NCBI GenBank assembly: GCA_044892505.1
Contig: CM097883.1
Location: forward strand, 308,698,001-308,762,000
Direction of reading: 5' to 3'
Length of the DNA: 64,000 bases
Origin: Schmidtea nova
Lineage: Eukaryota
Below the pieces are notes generated by a model. The model ran no database searches, had not been told where the DNA came from, and was given only the letters and a program-made list of their open reading frames with translations. Shown here piece by piece: positions 1-10,026 of this stretch. The stretch's first letter is position 1. Each line of letters begins with the position of its first letter. The position numbers and the translations under genes were made by a program.

Positions 1-401
1 TTTTTTGTAAATATAATTGTTCAAAAATAATTAGTTGGTTGTTTGATTTTTACTAATTATTAGTTATTTTAGAGCTTGGAGAATAAAGCTTGTAGCATAT
101 ACACACGCACGCACGTATACAAAAGTATATAAACATACACCCCGACTGTCTCCACATAATTTCGTAGGACTCTCTCGGGCACTTTAATATCTCTTTACAC
201 TCATTCATCCACAATATATATTATAATAAAAAATCATAAAAGCATAAAAACATAAAAGCATAAAAAACATAAAACATAAAAGCATTCACAATATATATAT
301 TCTAAAAAAATACATTCATCATAATAGTGATTATACACCATTCACAATTACATTTATAACTATTAAAGAAGCAGATTGAGCAGGATTTATTCAGCTTAAA
401 A

Positions 402-1020
402 TGACAAGTATGCTAGAAGAACTGTATTCGGAACATTGATTAATTGATTCAAACAGTTCTACGATTGAAGATATCCGAATAACAATATCATATAATGCAG
501 AAATTAAAGAAACATTCACATTTAATAAAGATTTATACATAACTCATATTGATGATTTGTGTAAATATTTATTATTCAATTGTTCTCACCTCTTTTAAAA
601 CTCTAGAGACTAATAAATGGTTCAAATGTAGTCTCAACGATAATATTAGTGAAGTTACATTCGATAAAAATTTGTCCACCACTTTAGTAATGAATAAACA
701 AACATTTAGAGATAATAACATTATTGATGGGACTAAGAAATCTAAAATTCATGTTCATCATCAACAAATGTTCATTTACAATAACATTATTGAACCAATA
801 ATTGTCGGTGATTTTTTGGTTCCTCTACTGAAATCTGTATGGATCGAAAAATTTGAGCAAGATGAAGTTGTTCAAATTTTAATGGATAATCCAATGTACT
901 TAACAATAAAAAATAAACAATAAAGAAATAAATATCCGTGAAGAAAGCAAAAAATTGATAAACTTTCCAAAAGATTCAAAAACACATTTGACATTACATT
1001 TTCGTAAATTAAATGATTAA
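402..1020 (+). pseudogene. Polinton/adintovirus minor capsid (penton) protein, disrupted
   Basis: ORF 549-923 contains FIYNNIIEPIIVGDFLVPLLKSV...NPMY; a shifted frame continues EINIREESKKLINFPKDSKTHLTLHFR to a stop at 1020. Both match the Polinton penton C-terminal pattern (Y.DI.EP..VGD...PLLR; F..G...LHFR). Confidence 0.75.
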
Positions 1021-1044
1021 TCCAAATATAATTTCATTGTTAAT

Positions 1045-1403
1045 AATAGCCAAACTGGTAGAGAATTACCTTATTTCGCAAGTAAACAATATGGATCAGG
1101 TTGGTCAAAAACTATAAGGCGATTTGCACTCCCAATTCTTACGCGAATAGGTAGTTTTGGAATGAAAACTGCCAAAGACGTGATCATGAATGATCAAAAA
1201 ATATTACTATCATTAAAACAAAAGCTTTGTCTGCAATTGGTAAAGTACTGCTTACTGTGACTAGTATGATTCCTAATGTTGGAAGTATGTTTAATAAAAA
1301 TGAACCTGAACCGGAACCTGAACAAGTGTAGCCTAGACGTAAAAAGCATCGAATGTATGTAAACAATCGAATGAAGGGACATGGAACTATATTTACAAAA
1401 TGA
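1045..1403 (+). pseudogene. Polinton small basic core-like protein, disrupted
   Basis: Translation QTGRELPYFASKQYGSGWSKTIRRFALPILTRIG...AKDVIM...SLKQK fits the Q.G.G small ORF that lies between penton and major capsid in Polintons. Confidence 0.55.
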
Positions 1404-2372
1404 TTTGTGGTAAATCTGAACTGTTTTTTTGACCGACCGTCACTTCAAGCATTTATTGAATATGAAGCATTTGAAGAAGTATTTTCCATGAATTCTATTA
1501 CAGACGGTAGAAATTATGTGAAATTTTACATTAACCGTTCTCAATCTGAATATTTAGATTTAAATGATACTTTACTAACGGATCAAGTAAAAGTTGTAAA
1601 TTCCGATAAAAAAGATTTGTCAGCTACTGATGACGTTATACCGGACATTTTCATGTTTCAAGTATGCAATTTTTGGATATAACAATATCAAGATTGAATG
1701 TGGAAACAATACTTATGAACAAAAGGCAATAATCGAAACTATTTTAAATTATAATGGTGATACTAAAAAAACTTGTTTTACTCCAACGGGATATGGTGAT
1801 TCTGATGAGAGAAAAGCCTGTATCAAAGGCTCAAGATTATTCACAATGTGTTCTTCTCTACAACTCGATTTCATGGATCAACCGAAATACTTTTTAACAG
1901 GTATCAATGTTCCCATCAGACTGGAGTGATCTGATTCTGCACTATCATTATATTCAGAAAATGGCGTGCCAAAATGTCAATTAGTTGATGCAAAATTAAT
2001 GTTTCGCCGTGTTCGTGTTGAACCATCGGAATACGCTAAGAATCAAGTTGGACTTAATTCAAACATGCAATTTATCCAATGAAAACCAAAAAAATCGTAC
2101 AATTTGTTATTGGTAAAGGTGCGTCATCTTTCTACAAAGAACAAATATTCGGCGATCGAAGAATGCGTAATTTTTTTTTCTGGTCGTATTTAAAAGTGAA
2201 ATCAATACAATGGGTCATATACTGCATCAAGTTCGAAATTCACACATTTCAATGTAGCTTCCCTATCTCTATCGACAAACACCTATTATCTAGAAACATA
2301 CTCAAGATTTTGAACATGATAATTATTGTACTACATATATACAGTCGATGGTCAGAAATATGGAATATTTAA
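1400..2372 (+). pseudogene. Polinton major capsid protein (double jelly-roll), frameshifted and 3'-truncated
   Basis: MICGKSELFF..., FYINRSQSEYLDLNDTLL..VKVVNSDKKDLSATDDV, NNTYEQKAIIETILNY, LQLDFMDQPKYFLTGINVPIRL, KLMFRRVRVEP and FTHFNV are spread over several frames and match Polinton/adintovirus hexon motifs. Confidence 0.85.
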
Positions 2373-2374
2373 AT

Positions 2375-3035
2375 AAGATTTTAAATTTTGGTATAACTCT
2401 CCCTGATTTTAAAAACAAATATCCATTCTTTACATTTTAAACCTCGATGCGATGAATGATTATATGCATGAATTATTTTAGGTAAAACATTTATCCATCT
2501 TTTATTACCTTGATGTACAAAATATTTTTTAATTTCTCTCTTAATATTTTATTAAAACGTTCAACATGAGCGGCTTTATATTGTGAATGCACTGTGTAAT
2601 GATTACCATTATTTTCTTCCAGGAGCTGTTAGACTTTAGAATTATAAAATTCCTTACCTAAATCAGGATGACCATTCAAAAATTAAGATTTATTGCATGA
2701 ACCGTTTCTATAGCAGATTTTGTTTTGATTAGGATAGCACGAGCAAAAGGACTAAAAACATCGATACAAGACAAAATATATTTGTAACTTTTATTTATTT
2801 TTTCATATGGTATCATTTCCATCAGATCTATTTCCCCAAATTATTAATTCCAAATGTTTTATATGCTCTTTTTGGAAATCTTTTCAACATTGGTTTGTTT
2901 AGACTCTATGCTAATTGATTGGTTAACCATTTTTGTGACTCTTTCTTTGAATTCTTTACTGCATTTTTTAACTTTACTACCCCACCGAAACCTGCCGGGT
3001 TTTCGGGTTTGTTCATATTTTCTTCATCATTTTTT
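2375..3035 (-). pseudogene. Polinton retroviral-like (rve) integrase, disrupted
   Basis: Minus-strand pieces PENPAGFGG, KWLTNQ, WEIDLMEM, YILSCIDVFSPFARAILIKTKSA, DLGKEFYN, KAAHVERFNKNIK and YNHSSHR match the Polinton integrase DDE core; convergent with the capsid genes. Confidence 0.8.
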
Positions 3036-3297
3036 CTTCAATAAGGTTTTTGGTTGGGATACCTATGACTTATTTATACATAAAATGCCCATGAATTGAT
3101 GGAGAAATTCTAACAATTACGTCAGAAATTAATTTTAAAAATAATTTTTATTCAAAGTCTTTGAAAGTGTCATATAACATTTTTGGCATCAATACTGTAA
3201 TAATTTATCTATTATTCGGTAATGTGTGTATCAGTTTGTAGTGTTTTTTATTCGGCAAAACTGTTGTAATAATTTTCTTCAATAACTTCATGTTTCT

Positions 3298-4334
3298 CAT
3301 ATTTCAAGCTTGTAAAAAAGAATTTTCAGAAGGCTAAAATCAATATTTTCGACATTTACCTTTTCTCTTTTCATCGAGATCAAAAAGCTGTCAAAGCACT
3401 TCCATACATCTTCGCAATGTAGGAAAAACGTGTTATATGTTAATTTACTATTTGAAAATGTCGAACTCTGAGTCTCTGGTTGACGTTCCATGTTTGAAGA
3501 GGATTGTATCAAAGATCTCTTGAAAGAAGACAACCGTCAATCTTGCAGAGAGTTGGTTAAGAAAATGAATAGAAATGTGACAATCTCTCGTCACTTAATG
3601 TCACATAAACTGAACAAAAAAACAAAAGAAATTGGCCCTCAAAATCTCGTCCACTATTGAGCGACATTTGAAAGCAACGTTTTCTGTGTTAAACATCATG
3701 GAAGATAAAAAAGGTGTCTATACAAAAGCATGGGCAAAGGAAAGAGTGGGTCGCCTCGGGGAACACACCAAAACCAGTAGTTAAGAAAAACCTTCATTCC
3801 AAGAAGATTATGATCTACTTTTAAAAATTATTTGTGAATTGGTTTGTGAACTGGGAAAAACTGGAGAAAATCAAAACGATAGAGACAAAACTTCTATATA
3901 GTTCAGCTACACAGAATAAACGAATTTATTAAACTGAAAAGACCCAATCGACAATACAAAGTCGTCCCTTTGCCCTACAACGCGCGACATTACATAGCAA
4001 ACATCGTTAAAGAATCCTTTCATGAGTTCGATTATAAAGTTCCTCAGCATCCTCTTTACTATTCGGACCTTGTGCCAACGGATTATCATATTCCCACTCA
4101 TTGTTGAAATATGTGTGCCGCGTAACCTTCGATAACGATGAGAACCTCAAAAATTGTCTCGTCAACATTTTCAACTTCAGTGACTTTTAACGAAATGGCT
4201 TCAGAAATTTGTTTGAGAAGTGGAAGAAGGGTAAAAACAACCACGTGGAATACATTATTTATTTTTATAACTATTGCAATATATAATAAAAAATTTAAAA
4301 ATTAAAAACACTTAACTTATGAAACAACCCAATA
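3298..4334 (+). mobile_element. Mariner (DD34D) transposon remnant, 5'-truncated
   Basis: Degenerate HFRH, LHSKKIMI, YNARH and HPLYYSDLVPTDYH (YSPDLAP-like) motifs; 3' TIR-like end ...CTTATGAAACAACCCAA followed by TA at 4333-4334. Confidence 0.75.
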
Positions 4335-5008
4335 AATAAAGATTAGATTAAAATGGACGTTTCAATTCTTTCTATTAATTTTATCGCCACTATGTAAATA
4401 TGACATCATCTATTATACAACATCTCATAATAAAATATGTTGTCCGGAGTAAAGTGCTTGATCCAGAAATTTTAAATCTGCCCATTTCTACCAATAACTA
4501 TAAAAGTAGAAAATGAAAATAAAATTTCTATATATTATTTCTGTACTTGACGATGAATTACCGTTTTATAGCTGATATTCATGTCTTTGCAAATCAAGAC
4601 TAACAAAATTCAGTTTAGACAATCCCAGTTATAAAGGATAATAATATTCAGATAATGTAAATATAGTTTGCGCTGCCTTCTTGCGTACCAGTTTGAGATT
4701 ACTATGATTATATAAAAATAACTCAGGTTAACAACATATTTTACAGTTTTTTAACAATTTAATAATTTAAATGAAACACATTTTTATTTTAAAATTCTTA
4801 ATAACTTATAAAATTATATTTCCTCTATCATCTGTAACGGCTACAATTTCTATGAAACGGCCTTTTCTCATTCGCCTATAATCTGAAATTTGATTGGCTG
4901 GATAATCAACACACACAATCTAGCTCATAGGTATTCCAAAACCAACAATGAAACATACAATTATGGCAAAATTACCATGTGAAATTGAATTATTACATTA
5001 ATAAAAGT

Positions 5009-5379
5009 ATGCTAATTGCGACTGAATCTGAAATAATTTCGACCAGTAACAGCACTCTGTTCGATATGCAAGTTCCATGGAAATTGTTCTTGATAATATC
5101 TGTCTTTTCAATCATTTTCTTTCTCTCTGTATTGGGAAACGGCATAATGGTTTGGATCATACTGAGCCAGAAATCAATGAGGAATTCTACGAATTTCTTT
5201 CTTGTCAACTTGTCTGCTACAAATGTGTTAATGGCGGTCACGCATATTTTTCCCAATGTCTACTATTCCGTAAACAATCAGTGGATATTCGGATTGACAT
5301 TGTGTAAGTTATCTCAATTCATCACAGCGTTTTCCGTAACAGTCACAGTTCTGACCTTTATTGGCATGGCGGCAGACAG
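5009..5379 (+). CDS. Class A GPCR, tachykinin-receptor-like, coding exon 1 (N-terminus to DR of DRY)
   Basis: ATG 5009; N-glycosylation site NST; FDMQVPW; TM1 GN; MRNSTNFFLVNLS; W.FG...CK; ends MAADR with a phase-2 donor AG|GTAAAC at 5380, the intron position known from tachykinin receptor genes. Confidence 0.9.
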
Positions 5380-5732
5380 GTAAACATTTTATTCATGAAT
5401 TTAAATTCCAAACCCTTTACGGTGTCTCTTAAGCAGGGTTTTTTATTCGTCGTTAAATACTGTTCCTCAGTGACTTGATTTGAATTGTTGCATTTATTAC
5501 ATGTAATAGCTTTAATTTGTCATCGTTTAGTTTTATCCAGAAGCTCCCCTAAAGCAGAAAATAAAGGGATATAAGTAGAGTAGGGTGAGCGCCCAGAAAC
5601 AAGAACAGACCCCCCGCCCACCCTGTTTTTGTTTTTAATTTTTTTTGTTTAAATTAAGTCTTTATTTTATTTTTTATTTATTTTTATTTATATAATTAAT
5701 TAATTAATTAATTTTTTAATTTTTTAAACAAG

Positions 5733-6215
5733 TAAAATACATTGAAATTATTTTGAATAGGATTTTCTACTCCCAGATTTTTCTCAGGCAAAAAGGGACT
5801 CTAGTAATTTTGAACTAAAATTTTAATGGTAAATAAAAACACACGTAAATTTTTAAACAAATAAAATACATTGAAATTATTTTGAATAGGATTTTCTACT
5901 CCCAGATTTTTCTCAGGCAAAAAGGGACTGGTAATTTTGAACTAAAAGTTTAATGGTAAATAAAAAAATGTGTAAATTTTTTAAACAAGTAAAATACATT
6001 GAAATTATTTTGAATAGGATTTTCTACTCCGAGATTTTCTAGGGCAAAAAGGGACTCTGGAATTTTGAACTGAAATTTAAATGGTAAATAAAAAACACAT
6101 GTAAATTTTTTTTTAAACTAGTAAAATAGATTGAAATTATTTTGAATAGTATTTTCTACTCCGAGATTTTCTAGGGCAAAAAGGACTCTGGCAATTTTGA
6201 ACTGAAATTTAAAAT
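5733..6215. repeat. Tandem array of four ~129-bp units
   Basis: Units start TAAAATA(C/G)ATTGAAATTATTTTGAATAG at 5733, 5862, 5990 and 6122. The upstream CCCCCGCCCC/TGTTTTTGTTTT block (about 5600-5640) recurs near 10230-10320. Confidence 0.85.
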
Positions 6216-6340
6216 AAAGATTTAAGAAAAGTGTATAAAGAAGAATAATTTAAAATAATGATTTATAAAAGAAAATAAAGTTGTTTAAATAAGTAGATTT
6301 ATTGACTGAATAAATATTTAAATTGTCTTATTATCTCACA

Positions 6341-6352
6341 AGCTATCCGGGC
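6341..6352 (+). promoter_or_regulatory. Atypical primer-binding site AGCTATCCGGGC, complementary to nt 1-12 of tRNA-Lys(UUU)
   Basis: Directly abuts the 5' LTR. Its reverse complement GCCCGGATAGCT equals the 5' end of animal tRNA-Lys(UUU) (GCCCGGATAGCTCAGTCGG...). No TGG-starting PBS is present. Confidence 0.8.
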
Positions 6353-7024
6353 ATGATAAAAGATATATTGAATGCAATCGAATGTTTTGATGGCGAAACC
6401 GTGAAAATCGATGAATGGTTCGATAAGTTTGAATTAATATGGAAGCTTCACAAATTCAATGGAAAAAAAGAAATTTTACCTGCTGTCATGAAGGGGAAGG
6501 CATTTATCACCTTGAAGGAAGCAGTGAAAAACGAAGATATTAGTTATGAAGAAATTAAAATATCATTGATACGAGCTTTCAGTGATCCCCCAGAAGCATG
6601 TTTTTCCAAGTTGTTAAACAAGAGATTCCAGATCGGGGACAATATTAACATTCATTTATCAGAAATGAAGAATCTGGCTTGTAACGCTGGAGATCTCTTA
6701 ATAAACATTATAATCAAATCCTTGCCAGTAGAAATCGCAGCTGAGGTGAGACGACAAGGATCAACGACGATCGACGCAATCGGTGACATCGTTTCACGAC
6801 TGAATCTAACTCATGGACATCAGTCTGCCTTTGTGGCGAAGATAAAGAAGATGCAATGTTATATTTGTAATGAAAATCATTTTGCCCGTAACTGTCCGAA
6901 CAAGAAAAAAATTCAATGTTCTAGGTGTGAAATGCTTGGACACCAATCCCGATATTGTAAATCGGGAAAAGACAACGGGATCGAGAATATTCAGGAGTCT
7001 CTCTCGATCCCAAAAAGATGTTAA
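6353..7024 (+). CDS. gag: Gag with two CCHC zinc knuckles
   Basis: ATG at 6353 right after the PBS; CYICNENHFARNC and CSRCEMLGHQSRYC; stop TAA 7022-7024. Confidence 0.9.
   Translation: MIKDILNAIECFDGETVKIDEWFDKFELIWKLHKFNGKKEILPAVMKGKAFITLKEAVKNEDISYEEIKISLIRAFSDPPEACFSKLLNKRFQIGDNINIHLSEMKNLACNAGDLLINIIIKSLPVEIAAEVRRQGSTTIDAIGDIVSRLNLTHGHQSAFVAKIKKMQCYICNENHFARNCPNKKKIQCSRCEMLGHQSRYCKSGKDNGIENIQESLSIPKRC
6964..7011 (+). promoter_or_regulatory. -1 programmed ribosomal frameshift signal
   Basis: In-phase slippery heptamer G GGA AAA (6964-6970), 6-nt spacer, then a perfect 10-bp stem GGGATCGAGA (6977-6986) / TCTCGATCCC (7002-7011). The pol frame is -1 relative to gag and open from 6961. Confidence 0.85.
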
Positions 7025-9696
7025 AAGAAAGACTCCTTTCCATAAATGGATCAAAACGTCTTTGTCTTATAGATTCCGGCTGCTCGACAACAATTATACG
7101 CGGAGAAGCCATCACATCACCCAACGCTCAAGTGTTCCTAGCAGATGGATCAATACTGCCAGTGAGCCAGAGCAAGGCAGAAATCGAATTAGAAGGAAAG
7201 TACTTTATCATTGACTGTTTTATTTCTAGAAAAATGATAGCGGGATATGATGTCATATTAGGTATGAACGCCATTATAGCACTAGGAGGAGTGACAATCA
7301 GTGAAGACGTCAGATTCGGATGTGAATTGAAATGTTTTATGGCTGTAAACGGAAACGAAGCTCAGAGTTTTTTAATTCAAAGGAAGAACTTCGAAGCAAC
7401 GTTCAACAAAGAATGGATGGTATCATGGAATTGGAACACAGAACCCCCTGTATCAATGTCAGATCGATATTCCAAGTTAGATCCAGATAAGCCCAAAGCA
7501 GGCCAGGCTCTCAAAGTCATCGAGCAGTGGGTCAAAAATGGATGGTTAGTCGAATATGACGAAAACCGGTTCGGTAAGCCTGTTGGAGCAGTAACTTTAT
7601 TTCCGGTTATGCAAAAGAACAAGAGCAAAATACGGCCAGTGTTCGATTTTAGAGCTTTAAATCATTATTTAGACGTCTATAGTGGAGAAACAGTAGTTTG
7701 CAATGAAACAATAAGAGATTGGAGAAAGAAGGGAAAGAAAATAGCGATTTTGGATTTATCTGATGCATACATGCAAATCCGGGTTGATGAGAGTATGTGG
7801 AAGTACCAGTCATGCATTGTAAACGGAAGGCGATATGCATTGACAAGACTAGGCTTCGGAATCAATATCGCTCCCAGTATTATGACAGAGATCGTTAACT
7901 ACGTGTTGGGTTTAAATGACAGAATAAAACAAGGAGCCAGTGCGTACATTGACGATATTTTTATCGACGAAGAAGTTGTCCCAGCTGAAGAAGTAAAAGC
8001 CTGGCTAGGAAAATTTAACTTGATGACGAAAGAAATTGAACGCCCCTCATCAACAAAAGCTCTAAGAATACTTGGATTATCAGTTCATATTGAGGATAAC
8101 TTATTAAAATGGAACCGAGCCAATGTCATCCGGTACGAATTTGAAGAAAAGAGAATGGACAGACGAGAACTGTATTCGTTATGCGGTCAATTAACCGGAA
8201 TTCTTCCAGTTGCAGGTTGGTTACGACCCGCGTGCTCTTATCTCAAACGATTAAGCGAAGGAGAATGGGACCGGCCAATCGACGTTCAATTACTAAACAA
8301 AGTTAAATGGTTAATAAAGGAGGTTGAAAAGAATGATCCAGCTCATGGTATATGGAAAGCACCAATGGACAGAGGAAATATTTTATGGTGTGATGCCAGC
8401 TCTATCGCCATAGGAGCAGCGCTAGAAATCGACGGAAATATTATGGAAGACGCATGCTGGTTGAGAAAGGAGAAGGACGTTAGGCACATTAACCTGTGCG
8501 AACTTGAGGCGATCGTTAAAGGCATCAACTTATGCATCAAATGGAATTTAAAGACTGTTAAGATCATGTCGGATAACAAATCCGTGGTAAGTTGGGTACA
8601 TAATGCCTTGACATCCGAGAGAAAGGTTTCAACTAAAGCTTCCTCAGAAATGTTAGTAAAAAGAAGGCTCAACATAATTAAAGAATTAATTATTGAATAT
8701 GAGATAAAGGCTGAAATAGAATACGTTCCAACAGACAAAAATAAATCCGACATATTAACCAGAATTCCCTCAAATTGGATTACGAAACATACGTGTAATA
8801 CGGCGTTGCTAGACCCGGGTGAAGATCCCATCAAGAACGCAGTTGAAATACACAAATTAAGCCATTTCGGAGGAGATCGGTTGAGGTTCTTGACCGAGGA
8901 AGCAGGAATTAACCTTTCTCAAAATGAGTTAAAAGAGATTGTCGAGAAGTGTGACAAATGTCAATCAATAGACCCTCATCCGGTTAAGATCAGCAAAGGG
9001 CAATTAGAGGTAAAAGATTCTTGGAAACGATTAGCTATCGATGTGACTAAATTACATCAAAGAAAATTTTTAACAATCATAGATTGCGGGACTTCTCGAT
9101 TTGCGATTTGGCGAGAAATACGAAACGAAAGCGCAGACGAAATTTGCAAACAGTTGGAACAGGTATTTTATGAAAGAGGACCTCCTGACGAGCTTCTGTT
9201 GGACAATTACTTATCGTTTAGGTCAGAAACTTTCACTTCTCTAATGAAAAGGTGGAGAATTAGAACTGAATTCAGATCCGCTAATAGACCAGCAGGCAAC
9301 GGCATTATTGAGAGGAACCATAAAACAATAAAAGCTGCAGTCACGCGATCGGAATGCTCAGTGCAAGAAGCAATTTACTGGTACAATAATACACCAGTAA
9401 ATGGTTCTTCCAGACCTCCGATAAAAGGCATTTACGCTTATGACCTAAGACTTCGATTTAATGAAACGAAAAGAACGGCTCAACAAATAGACAATGGCTT
9501 TCAGATTAACGACAAGGTGTGGGTGAAACCCGCGCAAAATCAACCATGTACATCTTCCTGGATGAGAGGAAGAATCATGAAGCTGCTGTCTCCGCATAAA
9601 GCAATCGTCGATTACGGAACCGTGGCAATGCCGCGTCATGTAGCTGACTTGAGGCACAGGAATGAAGATTTGTTAGAATCTCGGGGAGATGTATAA
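7018..9696 (+). CDS. pol: Pol polyprotein (protease, RT, RNase H, integrase)
   Basis: Uninterrupted 892-aa ORF: LIDSGC (protease), YIDDI (RT), WCDAS and SDNKS (RNase H), H..SH...CDKC plus D,D35E with NGIIERNHKTIK (integrase); no chromodomain seen. Confidence 0.95.
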   Translation: MLKERLLSINGSKRLCLIDSGCSTTIIRGEAITSPNAQVFLADGSILPVSQSKAEIELEGKYFIIDCFISRKMIAGYDVILGMNAIIALGGVTISEDVRFGCELKCFMAVNGNEAQSFLIQRKNFEATFNKEWMVSWNWNTEPPVSMSDRYSKLDPDKPKAGQALKVIEQWVKNGWLVEYDENRFGKPVGAVTLFPVMQKNKSKIRPVFDFRALNHYLDVYSGETVVCNETIRDWRKKGKKIAILDLSDAYMQIRVDESMWKYQSCIVNGRRYALTRLGFGINIAPSIMTEIVNYVLGLNDRIKQGASAYIDDIFIDEEVVPAEEVKAWLGKFNLMTKEIERPSSTKALRILGLSVHIEDNLLKWNRANVIRYEFEEKRMDRRELYSLCGQLTGILPVAGWLRPACSYLKRLSEGEWDRPIDVQLLNKVKWLIKEVEKNDPAHGIWKAPMDRGNILWCDASSIAIGAALEIDGNIMEDACWLRKEKDVRHINLCELEAIVKGINLCIKWNLKTVKIMSDNKSVVSWVHNALTSERKVSTKASSEMLVKRRLNIIKELIIEYEIKAEIEYVPTDKNKSDILTRIPSNWITKHTCNTALLDPGEDPIKNAVEIHKLSHFGGDRLRFLTEEAGINLSQNELKEIVEKCDKCQSIDPHPVKISKGQLEVKDSWKRLAIDVTKLHQRKFLTIIDCGTSRFAIWREIRNESADEICKQLEQVFYERGPPDELLLDNYLSFRSETFTSLMKRWRIRTEFRSANRPAGNGIIERNHKTIKAAVTRSECSVQEAIYWYNNTPVNGSSRPPIKGIYAYDLRLRFNETKRTAQQIDNGFQINDKVWVKPAQNQPCTSSWMRGRIMKLLSPHKAIVDYGTVAMPRHVADLRHRNEDLLESRGDV

Positions 9697-9969
9697 AGAA
9701 GAATAATTTAAAATAATGATTTATAAAAGAAAATAAAGTTGTTTAAATAAGTAGATTTATTGACTGAATAAATATTTAAATTGTCTTATTATCTCACAAA
9801 AAGGATATTAAACACGTGGTTAAATTAAATAAGCAATAAAACATGGAGAATTTTACAAAAACAAAAGAATGACATAATTTTTAAAATTTATTAAAAAACG
9901 GTAAAATTAAGGCAAAGTCAGAATAATAATAATAAACTTAGAAAAAATTTTGAAAATAAAAATAATAAA

Positions 9970-10026
<57 letters not shown>

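Larger units (their letters stand above)
6232..9798 (+). mobile_element. Full-length Ty3/Gypsy LTR retrotransposon (3567 bp)
   Basis: Identical 109-bp TG...CA LTRs (6232-6340, 9690-9798); 5-bp TSD AAAAG (6227-6231, 9799-9803); PPT GGGGAGA (9683-9689); intact gag and pol with PR-RT-RH-IN order. Confidence 0.97.

Noticed and set aside
4979-5008. GTG start of the GPCR ORF given in the track
   Set aside because: Eukaryotic gene; the first in-frame ATG is at 5009.
6232-6352. Tf1-like self-priming of the LTR element
   Set aside because: The LTR contains no sequence complementary to AGCTATCCGGGC.
6806-9657. Antisense and alternate-frame ORFs inside the Gypsy element
   Set aside because: Shadow frames of gag/pol with no recognisable motifs.
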